A DNA stretch of 64,000 bases, taken from Haliotis cracherodii (lineage: Eukaryota). The notes beneath the pieces are model-generated. The model was not told the DNA's origin, did not search any database, and saw only the letters and a list, made by a program, of their open reading frames with translations. A program made the position numbers and the translations under genes. The stretch lies in contig NW_027266286.1 in the NCBI RefSeq assembly GCF_022045235.1, positions 1,319,856-1,383,855 on the forward strand. The letters run 5' to 3'. Positions 38,229 through 51,021 of the stretch are shown here, piece by piece. Positions within the stretch are counted from its first letter, which is position 1. Each line of letters starts with the position of its first letter.

Positions 38229-38597
38229 ATACCGTATTCAATGTAATAAACGCCCTGCTCTAATAAGCGTCCACGGCGATATTTACTAATATATTGGCTA
38301 GTGAACAATCCCAATTAGTACCCCTTCCAACTGATCAATGTACACAAGACTTATTTATTCGTGTATAATATGCACTCATGTTATATGCACCCTTAATTAT
38401 AAATAAATTAAATCAAATATAAATTATATAAATTCTGAAAAAATATATCTGTCATATATAAACATTTCAGGCTGTCAGCATAAACCACAAAATTTATCTT
38501 TCAACTCTGTTTTTTTACACCAAAATAATATTCTAATAAGGGCCCCCTATTTCTAATTTTGAGAGCATCCTAGGCTCTTATTACATCGGATACGGTA
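38229..38597 (-). mobile_element. MITE family 3 copy in inverted orientation, TA-flanked
   Basis: Reverse complement of 32028-32393 at about 85% identity. Confidence 0.65.
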
Positions 38598-39509
38598 TCA
38601 CGATCTTTAAGTGGCCCAGCAAACCTCAACATGCCCAACACCTCAGAACATGTTACCATCCCCTTTCAAGGTTAGTACTAAAACTTCCTTGTTCTACGTT
38701 AACCTCACACATGCCTTAGACTCAGACATTAGCAGGACAAAACATCTCACTTACATTTCCATATCCAAGGCTAACAGGAAAAGATTACTTGATTTTTTTG
38801 TAAATCATTTAAATGCTAATTCCATTTAACATCCCATCCTGGGACAGAATAGGTCCCCTGCTAGGTTGTTGTGAACTTACGAGGATCAGCATGATACGAG
38901 GATTGTGTGTCATCATGCCCCTAATGCTGACTTGTTGCTCATGCTATCGACCACTGGACTGCTTGTCCTAGGCTTGATTAACGACAAGCTGCCATGCAGC
39001 TGGATACTGCTGACTAAAAACGTTGATGTACTGATTCACTTCCATGACCATAGTTACCACAGCTACATGCCATTAGCAAGTTAAGAAAGTTTGATACATG
39101 TCTATATAACACTATCCTATGCCTTGCATACATAACAGGGGCTCCGGCCTATAGTGCAGCTACCTGGCAGTGTACGTTTGTGCTACACCTTGAGATAATT
39201 GGGCAGGTGTGTTTTCTCACGCAGGTGTGAAGTTCATCTCAGCAGAGGCAGGTAACGCTGCGCCTATTGTACACAGTATATACAGAACCAACACATCATC
39301 ACAAACAACTGCATGTTAGTCTGATACTGGGTCAAAGCATTGGATACTAAATATAAATATGTCATGATATCCCTTGAATGTATCCTGCCCTTGCAACACT
39401 GGCTCTCTCAATCATGAGTCATGTGTGAGTGGGTTTGGTTTATTGTAGCTTTGAACAGAACTTCAGTAATATGACAGCATGTCAGCTTGATGTGGGATTG
39501 GTTGGTTGG

Positions 39510-39750
39510 TTGGTTTGTTGTTTAACGCCGCACTCAGCAATATTCCAGCTGATGATGGCGTTCTGTAAATAATCGAGTCTGGACCAGACAATCCAGTGAT
39601 TAAAATCATGAGCATCGATCAATGCGATTGGGATCGAAGACATACATCAACCAAGTCAGCAAGCCTGACCACCCGACAAGCATAGTCACCTGTTACGGCA
39701 AGCATGGGTTGCTGAAGATCTATTCTGCCCCGGATCTTCACAGGTCTTGA
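39510..39750 (-). mobile_element. SINE family A copy, full length
   Basis: Consensus match; immediately preceded by a SINE-B fragment (39420-39505). Confidence 0.7.
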
Positions 39751-40140
39751 TGCGGGAGGCAAGCCTGATGCAGGTCTTACATGTTACCACCTTGGTGATG
39801 TAATGGCGATTGTGAATGGCCTCCACACATCTCGTCAACTACAAGAGATGGACGCACATTGAAGCGGTTCATCAACAGTATTCAACACCCCACCAACTTG
39901 ATTTTTTTTTTCAATAATATCTTATAACTTTTTCATTTAACGGACCTCCACCTCAGAAAAAACTTCCCCAAAATAAAAATTCGTAAAGTACTTGATTTAG
40001 TTTCTAATGAATCAGTGTTGCATTATGAATACATTTACTTATTCAAACAGCAATAATCTGAGGGTTGTGAAAGTGAAATACATCTCCCTGTCAAAACTTG
40101 TCCAGTCTGCTTCCTAGTGTGCATAGGTGCATCACACCAG

Positions 40141-43100
40141 GACTACCACTCAGCATGTCTCCCAGGGGGCGCCACTCAGCATATCTCCCATGGGGGGCAC
40201 CACACAGCATGTTTCACATAGGGGGCACCACACAGCATGTTTCACATAGGGGGCACCACACAGTATGTTTCATATTGGGGGCACCACACAGCATGTTTCA
40301 CATAGGGGGCGCCACTCAGCATGTCTCACATAGGGGGCACCACACAGCATGTCTCACATAGGGGGCACCACACAGCATGTCTCACATAGGGGGCACCACA
40401 CAGTATGTTTCACATAGGGGGCACCACTCAGCATGTTTCACATAGGGGGCGCCACTCAGCATGTTTCACATAGGGGGCGCCACACAGCATGTTTCACATA
40501 GGGGGCACCACACAGCATGTTTCACATAGGGGGCACCACACAGCATGTCTCACATAGGGGGCGCCACACAGCATGTTTCACATAGGGGGCACCACACAGC
40601 ATGTTTCACATAGGGGGCACCACACAGCATGTCTCACATAGTGGGCGCCAATCAGCATGTCTCCCAGGGGGCATCAATCAGCATGTGGCAAACATAGGAC
40701 GCGCCAATCAGCATGTGTCCCAGGGGGCGCCACTCAGCATGTGTCCCATAGGGGGTGCCACTCAGCATGTGTCCCATAGGGGGCGCCACTCAGCATGTGT
40801 CCCATAGGGGGAGCCACTCAGCATGTGTCCCATAGGGGGAGCCACTCAGCATGTGTCCCAGGGGGCACCACACAGCATGTGGAACATAGTAAGTGCCACT
40901 CAGCATGAGCATGTGTCCCAGGGGGCGCCACTCAGCATGTGTCCTATAGGGGGCACCGCCCAGCATGTGGAACATAGGACGCGCCACTCAGCATGTGTCC
41001 CAGGGGGCACCACTCAGCATGTGGAACATAAGACGCGCCAATCATGCATGTGTCCCATAGGGGGTGCTACTCAGCATGTCTCCCAGGGGACGCCACTCAG
41101 CATGTGTCCAATTGGGGGCGCCACTCAGCATGTGTCCCAGGGGGCACCACTCAGCATGTGTCCCAGGGGGCGCCACTCAGCATGTGTCCCATAGGGGGTG
41201 CCACTCAGCATGTGTCCCATAGGGGATGCCACTCAGCATGTGTCCCATAGGGGGTGCCACTCAGCATGTGTCCCATAGGGGATGCCACTCAGCATGTGTC
41301 CCATAGGGGGTGCCACTCAGCATGTGGCACATAGGGGGCGCCAATCAGCATGTGTCCCATAGGGGGCGCCACTCAGCATGTGTCCCAGGGGGCACCACTC
41401 AGCATGTGTTCCAGGGGGCGCCACTCAGCATGTGTCCCAGGGGGTGCCACTCAGCATGTGTCCCATAGGGGGTGCCACTCAGCATGTCTCCCAGGGGACG
41501 CCACTCAGCATGTGTCCCATAGGGTGCGCCACTCAGCATGTGGCACATAGGGGGCGCAACTCAGCATGTAGCACATAGGGGGCGCCAATCAGCATGTGGC
41601 ACATAGGGGGCGCAACTCAGCATGTAGCACATAGGGGGCGCAACTCAGCATGTGTCTCGGGGGGCGCCACTCAGCATGTGGCACATAGGGGGCGCCACTC
41701 AGCATATCTCACATAGGGGGCGCAACTTTGCATGTAGCACATAGGGGGCGCCAATCAGCATGTGTCCCAAAGGGGGCACCAATCAGCATGTGTCCCAGGG
41801 GGCGCCACTCAGCATGTGTCCCATAGGGGGCGCCACTCAGCATGTGTCCCAGGGGGCGCCACTCAGCATGTGTCCCATAGGGGGCGCCACTCAGCATGTG
41901 GCACATAGGGGGCGCAACTCAGCATGTAGCACATAGGGGGCGCCAATCAGCATGTGTCCCAGGGGGCGCCACTCAGCATGTGTCCCATAGGGTGCACCAA
42001 TCAGCATGTGTCCCAGGGGGTGCCACTCAGCATGTGTCCCATAGGGGGCGCCACTCAGCATATGTCCCATAGGGGGTGCTACTCAGCATGTGTCCCATAG
42101 GGGGCGCCACACAGCATGTGGCACATAGGGGGCGCAACTCAGCATGTAGCACATAGGGGGCACCAATCAGCATGTGTCCCAGGGGGCGCCACTCAGCATG
42201 TGTCCCATAGGGGGCGCCACTCAGCATGTGTCCCAGGGGGCGCCACTCAGCATGTGTCCCATAGGGGGCGCCACTCATTATGTGTCCCATAGGGGGTGCT
42301 ACTCAGCATGTCTCCCAGGGGACGCCACTCAGCATGTGTCCAATTGGGGGCGCCACTCAGCATGTGTCCCAGGGGGCACCACTCAGCATGTGTCCCAGGG
42401 GGCACCACTAAGCATGTGTCCCATAGGGGGTGCAACTCAGCATATGTCCAATAGGGGTGCCACTCAGCATGTGTCCCAGGGGGGGCCACTCAGCATGTGG
42501 CACATAGGGGGCGCCACTCAGCATGTGGCACATAGGGGTGCCGCACAACATGTCTCACATAGGGGGCGCCACTCAGCATCTGTCCCAGGGGGCGCCACTC
42601 AGCATGTCTCATATATGGGGTGCCACTCAGCATGTCGCATATAGGGGGCGCCACTCAGCTTTTGGCACATAGGAGGCGCCACTCAGCATGCTCCACATAG
42701 GCGGCACCACACAGCATGTCGCACATATGGCACCACTCAGCATGTCTCCCAGGGGGCGCCACTCAGCATGTCGCATGAAGCGGGCGCCACTCAGAATTTG
42801 GCACATAGGGGGCGCCACTCAGCATGTGGCACATACGGGGCGCCACTCAGCGTGTTAAAGTTTAAATTGGTGCAGGAAGTATTTTTGTAAAAGCTTAAAC
42901 AAAATGCATACACATTTTGACTTGCAAAATACTGGGGGCGCCAATCAGCATGTGGCACATAGGGGGCGCAACTCAGCATGTAGCACATAGGGGGCGCAAC
43001 TCAGCATGTGTCCCAGGGGGCGCCACTCAGCATGTGTCCCATAGGGGGCGCCACTCAGCATGTGGCACATAGGGGGCGCCACTCAGCATGTAGCACATAG

Positions 43101-43524
43101 GGGGCGCCAATCAGCATGTGTCCCAGGGGGCGCCACTCAGCATGTGTCCCATAGGGGGCACCAATCAGCATGTGTCCCAGGGGGCGCCACTCAGCATGTG
43201 TCCCATAGGGGGCGCCACTCAGCATGTGTCCCAGGGGGCGCCACTCAGCATGTCGCATATAGGGAGCGCCACTCAGCTTTTGGCACATAGGGGGCGCCAC
43301 TCAGCATGCTGCACATAGGGGGCACCACACAGCATGTCTCCCGGGGGCGCCACTCAGCATGTCGCATGAAGCGGGCGCCACTCAGAATTTGGCACATAGG
43401 GGGTGCCACTCAGCATGTGGCACATACGGGGCGCCACTCAGCGTGTTAAAGTTTAAATTGGTGCAGGAAGTATTTTTGTAAAAGCTTAAACAAAATGCAT
43501 ACACATTTTGACTTGCAAAATACT
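40141..43524. repeat. 27-28-bp satellite (catgtgtcccatagggggcgccactcag), about 120 copies, with a ~590-bp higher-order duplication at the right end
   Basis: Unique 84-bp segment present twice (42851-42934, 43441-43524) with identical left context. Confidence 0.9.
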
Positions 43525-44689
43525 GCTATATTTCATAGGAGAAAAAGGTGTCAGCTTATGTCATGTATGTAAACAGGGAACTCAACCCAACTTGAGTAGT
43601 CCGTTAATCATGTAGTCTCTCGTGGTTAACTTCCAGGGCCTGCACTGGGGACCTGGCTTAGAACTGATCCTAGCAACCAATGCCTGTCATGAGAATCGAC
43701 GATAACGAGGTGTTGTTCATAATATCAATCACTGGTTTGTCTGCAGCAGATTTGAACATTTGCAGGTTCTGTGAGATTGCTGGAATATTGCTGACTGCAA
43801 CAACAAAAAAAACTACATTGTCCTCATAGTCTTTAAAAAGACTTTCAGTAAAATGATGTTTACAAGGTGAAGGCCGATGATGACTAATGCTATGTACCTG
43901 CAGACATGTTCCAGGTCTCGCATGGAGTAAGCCGACCCCGACACCCTCAGTCATCAACTTGAACCATTTCATTTCCAGCATGTTTAAACACAACTGCATG
44001 TCTAGCAGGTTCTGCAGTCCAACAAACAACCCCATACCCTTCCCAGTCAGTCTTCTGCGTCAGTCAGTCCTTCAGAGGAATGGCAAAGTTGTAACTTCAA
44101 CACAAATCCCCACCACATTCTATTACAAACTTCACCCATTTCTTTCTCTCAAATTTACAAAACTGAAACACGGTTACCTGAACTCTCAAATATTTTACTC
44201 AAAACATTTTAAAGTGGACAAGTAAACTTGAATGAGTTTGTTTAAAGATTTCACATGCCGGTCCCAACAACAGGCAAATAGATTTGTTTAATGTAGACAC
44301 AACCAGCTCCCTGTCACTTGGTGGGCAGATGAGGCAAAGGGCTGGAGACTGACGAGATGAATATTGATTGTTCACTTTTTAAGGCAAGACAAACACAGGG
44401 TAGCTTGATCCTCATCTGGCTCAAGCAGCTCAGACACTGACAGCCCCTAATTGCCTGTCAAGGTAGATGAAGCACCGTGGTCTAATTCATCACAACCAGC
44501 TTGCGATGAGCTGCCCCAGGTGACCATGGTGAAGCGGAGAGAAAGCCATCTTCTCGGCCTGGGTGGTCAAGGGAAGATACAGAATTGTTGCATTCAGTAA
44601 GGGTACATGTACCATCATACACACCGGGATGGAACTAAAGCATGACTTACTTTTTACTTCCATATGAAATGCAACCTGATGCTGCACAG

Positions 44690-44693
44690 TGTA

Positions 44694-44730
<37 letters not shown>

Positions 44731-44760
44731 CCTATCTCATTTATTTATTTATTTATTTAT
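44690..44760. repeat. (ATCT)n then (TTTA)n microsatellites
   Basis: Direct read. Confidence 0.85.
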
Positions 44761-44936
44761 TTGAACTGCTTCAATAACAAAATTCTGTCTGACCCAAGGA
44801 AAAGCAAAGTGATGAAATCCACAAGCACATGTAAAGTGCTGCTAAATCTAGAAACCTTATCAGGTCAAACTAGGCTATACTGAAAGAGTGAGTGAGTTGG
44901 GTTTTACGCTGCTTTTAACAGTATTCCAGTTAAATT

Positions 44937-45446
44937 GTCAATCTCATTAAAATCAGTTCTTAGTTCTCGCTGCCGCTGAACAAAGATCTGAAGACATCCC
45001 ATTACGGGTCACGTCAAACCGACCTTGTGTGAACTTTGACCGACCAATAGAATGACTGACAAGAAGTCGACATTAGCCAATCAGAAGGCAGCTTTCTCGT
45101 GCTTTACGGCATGAATTTCAAATTGGTGACGACGCTTAAAAACATATTTTGACATAATATGATTCTCGATAAAAAATTCGAAACATGAGCAAAAGAACAT
45201 TAAAATAGATAATCTAGATTGTATGGATTCAGTCGTTAAGCCCCTAACTATTGTTCTGAATACCCCGTGTTAAAGTTTTCGAGGTTGCATGATTAGAAAT
45301 CACATTCTGACTGTCACTTTCATGATCTGGTAAGCGACGCTCTGATTTGTCGGATGAAAGGTCATTCTGACATGACCCCTAATGGGATGTCCTTAGATCT
45401 TTGTTTAGCAATAGCAAGTACTTAGATCTGATTTTAATGAGATTGG
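44937..45446. mobile_element. MITE family 1, full copy (510 bp) with ~62-bp TIRs and 8-bp TSD TTAAATTG
   Basis: Left caatctcattaaaatcagttcttagtt..gacatccc vs right gggatgtcc..ctgattttaatgagattg; TTAAATTG on both flanks. Confidence 0.75.
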
Positions 45447-45492
45447 TTAAATTGTTTGATAGGCATTACTTAGAAGTTAACAGATGACAAGG

Positions 45493-45662
45493 TAGACACA
45501 ATTTTATGGATAACAACTTCTATAATACTGTAAAAAGCAACATTTCGGTATAGATCCTTATACCGTTGTCAAGCAAGACTGACAGACAACGGTATAAGGA
45601 TCTATACCGAAACGTCACTTTTTACAGCATTAAAGAAGTTGTTATCCATAAAATTGTGTCTA
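45493..45662. mobile_element. Foldback element: ~78-bp arms at about 90% identity, 15-bp loop
   Basis: tagacacaattttatggataac.. / ..gttatccataaaattgtgtcta. Confidence 0.6.
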
Positions 45663-46698
45663 CTTAGTATTCCAGTTAGATGCGGTGTGTCAGCTTAATG
45701 TGGGAGGAAGGCCCAAAGTGATGCAGGTCTCAGACGTTTACCACATCGGTGAAACCAACAAGCACGGGTATGGTGCTGACAAACCTAGAAACATAATCAG
45801 GGCGAACTGGGATTCGAACCCAATCATAGGTTTCTGGCATGCCCAAGGGGTGCAACTTTGCACAGTGAATCACAGCGCCTTAAGACGGCTGGGCCATCTG
45901 TGCCACCCTGTACTGAAAGAAATGTCCATGGACGTGTGGTATTTCTATCCTCCTAATAGGCAAGTATAGGTACATGGACAGTAAGGACTCCAGTTTCTTA
46001 TAGGGACAACTCGTTCTTGTTTTTTACATAACCTCGAAATTATGATTTAAACTAATAATTATTGCCTCAGAGACTTGTGCAAGTCTAGGTCCTACCTTGT
46101 CCCCTCCATCACTAACATACAACACTGTTACACAAACACATCATCAATGGCCACATGATATATCATTTGCTGTGTAAACCAAAAGAGGGACGGCAAGGTA
46201 CATTCTACCTGAGTATGTTTGACTCATTAAAACAGCACTCTACCTGTCCACACTCAAACTTCATGATCAACCCAGCAATAAATAATGACCGCCATTAAAC
46301 AGAGACAATGTGTCCGTTTCACACAATCACTTATTGCAGAATCTAGATCAGAATTGACCCAAGATGTTTAAACCTTGTCTCCTAACATTTGACTGTTTTC
46401 TGCAAATGATGAGTTCTCCAAATACAATAACAGTTGTTGTCAACCCAGTCCACCTTGCAATAAATAATTCCCCTCAATACACAGAGGCAGACAGTGTGCT
46501 CCCACAAGGAATTCAATGCTATGTCTAGACTGAGGCTGGAAACGGGTCCCAGATGGCAGAGCCGTAATTGTTTCCTCTTAATATTTGACGGACAATATAT
46601 TTCTTAACATTTTCTCCTTTGTTTTTCTCAAAATTTAGCAAATCAGAAATAATGATTTAAATGTTTTCCCCAGTACATTTTTATGATCACATGGGACA

Positions 46699-46860
46699 GT
46701 CGAGTAGCCCAGTGGTTAAAGTGTTCCCTCGTCACGCCAAAGACCCGGGTTCAATTCCCGACATGTGTACAATGTGTGAAGCCCATTTCTGGTGTCCCCC
46801 GCTGTGATATTGCCGTGATATTGCTGAAAGCGGCGTAAAACCATACTCACTCACTCACTT
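46699..46860 (+). mobile_element. SINE family C copy, sense on +
   Basis: gagtagcccagtggttaaagtg..gggttcaattcccgac tRNA-like head; (CACT)n tail. Confidence 0.65.
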
Positions 46861-47086
46861 ATGATCTCACAGCCATCATGAATACATGAACCTTTTAATG
46901 ATCTAAGCCTATCAAAGACTACATAGCCATAGTCTGACACACAGCCCAATGAGTGGGAGGATTGTCACATTCACACAGCACCATCACAACTCCTATGAAC
47001 GAAATCAGGATCCCAGGTATACTGTCCACGAATGTCAACCTAGCAACTGACCCATGAATATCTGGGTTACAATAGGTCTTAAGCAT

Positions 47087-47275
47087 CCCATGCTTGTCAC
47101 AAGAAGCGACAAAGAGGCTGTCTGACTTGGCTGATGCATGTCATCATATCCCAATTGCGTATATCAAAGCTCATCATGTCAATCACTGGATTGTCTGGTC
47201 CAGAGTCGATTATCAACAGACCGCTGTCATATAGCGTTATAGTGTGGCATTAAAACAAACAAACAAACAAACAAA
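47087..47275 (+). mobile_element. SINE family A copy with (CAAA)n tail
   Basis: Consensus match; tail acaaacaaacaaacaaacaaa at 47255-47285. Confidence 0.65.
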
Positions 47276-48170
47276 ATAAACAAACCAAGCAATACATTAT
47301 TACCCTTTTAACACAATGTGTGAGACAATGTGTCACACAATCAGTTATCATTTGCTTATGCAACGTCTAGATCATTAATAAACAAATACGGTTGACCTTT
47401 ATCGCCTTTCAATATTTGAAATGCCTTGTCCAGATACCATGTTAGCCGTAGCCTGATGTCACGATCATACAGCCACCATAGTCTGACCTAATACAAAATA
47501 CTCGGGATAAATGGCACACTAGACATATTTCGTGTCATTCTAGACAAACATGCCTTCCCCTTGTGTCTATATGCATTAAGTCTATGTCCACAAAGGAAGC
47601 CATACATATATGGTAAAGATGGTTATAGATAAATGATCAGCTTGAAAAACTATTTATTCTGAAGAAAGTTCAAATAAAGTTTTAAAAGTTCCAGTGAACA
47701 TTGTTAAAGCCAGGGCTATTTGTGCAGGATGACTGCACCATGGAGTGTCTACAGTGACGACACAGACGAACACCGTCGTTATCAAAGACGTCCATGACTC
47801 ATGTGTATCACCATACAAGATGATTACACCGTGTGACGCTCGGCATGCTGGGTACTCAACAACTGTGACAAGCATACAGTCTGTCACAGTTTGTGGACGC
47901 TTCACCGATCACAGGACCGACCGGATATATAGGTCTCTAAGTATTCCAACAGCTGATGAAGTGAAAGGGTGTATTTGAGCGGAATAACGCATCGTCTTCA
48001 ATGAATTCACACCTCCTCTGTAGTGGCAGGCTCCCATTACAATACACAGGCCAGGGAGGTGAAGGTCATGTTTGTGTGGTTCGGGAGACAGCGGTTTGAT
48101 GTGAGTGATTGAGTGAGTGAGTGAGTGAGTGAGTGAGTGAGTGAGTGAGTGAGTGAGTGAGTGAGTGAGT

Positions 48171-48405
48171 TTGTTGTTTAACACCACATTCAGCAATATT
48201 CCAGCTATATAACGGCAGTCTGTAAATAATCATGCCTGAACTAGACAAGCCAGTGATTGACATCATGAGCATTGATCCACGCAATAGGGATACGATGACA
48301 TGCAAACCAAATCAGCAAGCCTGACCACCCAATCCCGTTACTCGCCTTTTACGACAAGAATAGTCGCCTTTTACTGCAAGAATGCGTTGCTGAAGACCTA
48401 TTCTA
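48171..48405 (-). mobile_element. SINE family A copy preceded by (GAGT)n microsatellite 48100-48170
   Basis: Consensus match. Confidence 0.65.
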
Positions 48406-48633
48406 CTTTGAACTAAGACTGGGAAGAGTAAAGTGGCTACGAAAGTAAATCTGTATGAAATGAGAAAACCCTCAGCTAAATAAACTTGGAGGTTTCACGC
48501 ACCTCCTGTCTACATGTCTACAAGATGGTGGGAGAAACTAATAATACATCTTTTACATGCAAAATATGTTCATATCCTTAGTTCAAACAATATCCTTGTG
48601 TTTGTAATAACATTGTCAGTACAGCACACATAC

Positions 48634-48751
48634 TCAAATTCTCCGAGCTTGAGTGACTTGGCGTTCTCGATGTCATTGCCGTACAGCCGGACTGGGGCCA
48701 GAAAGATGGCCTTGCCGTCGGTCCACACCAACCCATGACGCGGATGTATAC
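48634..48751 (-). CDS. Isolated exon of a second minus-strand gene (GIHPRHGLVWTDGKAIFLAPVRLYGNDIENAKSLKLGEF)
   Basis: Strong acceptor gtgtttctgtgttgcag| and donor |GTATGT; open non-repetitive frame; neighbouring exons not identified. Confidence 0.45.
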
Positions 48752-49719
48752 CTGCAACACAGAAACACAAAACTCAAGACAACGTAAACACAAACAATAT
48801 TATTCATGATTGGGTATTTTTGTATATTTTGTAACCATGGTAACCCAAGCTGTAGACTGAATACTCGTGCCTGTCTTTATAACATTCATCTCAATCATTT
48901 TCTTAAACAAATTTGATATATGTCCTCATGTCTAGTTTCAACACTGTTGAACATGTTGGCAAGTTGGCCACCATCACTTGACACAACCTGACTGCAAGAC
49001 TTGAGGCCCACTCATGGAAGTAGAGTAATTCTTGACATAACGCAAATGTCCAAGTGGTCCTTAATTCAATCAAGCATGAACTACCCCCCAATTGCATGTT
49101 CAAGACTCAGGCCCCTGATCACTACAGCTGCCTGCAATTTGTTCTAAAGAGCCAATGACACTGAATCAAAATCTGCAATACGCTGCAAGCTGGCAGGTAC
49201 CCATAGCATCTTTAGCCATCGCAGTGGGATGGTGTTACTATGAGATCACTGGGTGCAGTGGTTATCATTGAACACACTGCAATCTTTCATTTGGTTCAAA
49301 AATGGCATGAGGACAAAAAACATGACCGAAATTACAAAAACATAAAAATATGCAGTAAAGTATTGATTCATAACAAAATACAATTGGTTCATCAATGGTT
49401 CAATGATTGTCATGAACACCTAAATAAAAAATGCCAAAATTCCTAAAAAGCAAATGGCACAAGTTCATGGCTAGACTTCCATCTGGGCAAGAATTGATGA
49501 AGAAATATTGAATAGCCTTTGAGTAGTGCTCCAGAAACAACCCTGCCCCCATGTGAACCTTAAAGTCCAATTTGTTGTCACGGAAATATGAAAAAAAATA
49601 AAAACTTCCTAAATTCTTAAATAACAAAAGGCACAGATAATGAACGTTGTTTTAATTATACTCTGGCAACAAAATGTCACCCTGGTACATATACAACCAA
49701 TCCCAATCACAGCACTTAT

Positions 49720-50388
49720 CCAATCATCAATCCTTTCAACCATCACATCATCAATCCATTCAATCCATTCAATCCATTCAATCCTTTCAACCATCAGGTC
49801 ATCAATCCAATCAATCCTTTCAACCATCACTTCATCAATCCATTCAACCATCCCATCATCAATTCATTCAACCATCACTTCATCAATCCATTCAACCATC
49901 ACTTCATCAATCCTTTCAACCATCACTTCATCAATCCTTTCAACCATTACATCATGAATCCTTTCAACCAACACATCATCAATCCTTTCAACCATCACGT
50001 CATCAATCCATTCAACCATCACATCATCAATCCATTCAACCATCACTTCATCAATCCATTCAACCATCACGTCATCAATCCATTCAACCATCACATCATC
50101 AATCCATTCAACCATCACATCATGAATCCATTCAACCATCACATCATCAATCCATTCAACCATCACGTCATCAATCCATTCAATCATCACGCCATCAATC
50201 CATTCAACCATCACGTCATCAATCCATTCAACCATCACATCATCAATCCATCACATCATCAATCCATTCAACCATCACGTCATCAATCCATTCAACCATC
50301 ATGCATCAATCCATTCAACCATCACGTCATCAATCCATTCAACCATCACGTCATCTATCCATTCAACCATCACATCATCAATCCATCC
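49720..50388. repeat. 24-bp minisatellite (catcacgtcatcaatccattcaac), about 28 copies
   Basis: Direct read; produces the spurious 268-aa ORF. Confidence 0.9.
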
Positions 50389-50777
50389 CCACATCAAGTT
50401 TGTCCACCAAGCTTCCTCCTGTTCTTCCAAAACTAAAGCATGATAGAAAACACAGCAGACTTAAACCCAGTCTATCCTGAAACCTTGTCCTCCCCCCTCC
50501 TCCTCCCTCATCTCCTCCTCCAAGTCCCATCCAGCCTGAGTCACAGTCCTGTCTTGAGTGGGACTCCCACAGCAGATAGTGGGGTTTGTTCCAGCTGACA
50601 TGACATGGCGACAGACGTGGGAAGACCGTGTCCGTAGAGCAACCTGCCCCACAATGCAGCAGCATTCAGGTCAAGTCTTGTTTATGTCCCACCCCCAAAC
50701 AACAACAACAACCACCTTGTCCTCCTGAAGATGCTTGACAGAGTACAGTGAGGGATACGCAGCTGGCTGTCAAGCAC

Positions 50778-50805
50778 GGGGGGGGGGGGGGGGGGGGGGG
50801 GGGGG
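50778..50805. repeat. Poly-G homopolymer, 28 nt, preceded by (CAA)n
   Basis: Counted directly. Confidence 0.95.
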
Positions 50806-51021
50806 TCTGCCATCAGTAATGTCCACGCAGAAGCAGGAGACACTGACTTCGGAATATTATAAATATTCACAGAATCTCTAAAAATATTTATGGAATCTCT
50901 TACAATCTCCATAGAGTGTGTTTAAGAATTTTTAGGGTCAGTTAAAAAGCTGCAGTATCAATGAAATGAGGACAGACTTGACCTGTGAATGACCTTTCTA
51001 CTACCACGATTTCAAGCCTGA

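Larger units (their letters stand above)
44885..45910 (-). mobile_element. SINE family B copy interrupted by nested insertions (MITE-1 plus a foldback element)
   Basis: SINE-B sequence 44885-44931 and 45668-45910 with tattccagtta duplicated at both junctions. Confidence 0.65.

Noticed and set aside
43670-44035. 121-aa minus-strand ORF
   Set aside because: Contains a SINE-A fragment (..DKPVIDIMNNTS.. is translated SINE). Repeat-derived.
44490-44687. Tiny possible exon (acceptor ctgtgcag, donor GTAAGT, 31 nt) upstream of E1
   Set aside because: Too short and has no supporting context. Probably chance.
47750-47905. Candidate exon (..ASHGVIILYGDTHESWTSLITTVF..) downstream of the 48.6-kb exon
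   Set aside because: Both candidate acceptors give a phase incompatible with the upstream exon (it needs 1 nt, both give 2). Left uncalled.
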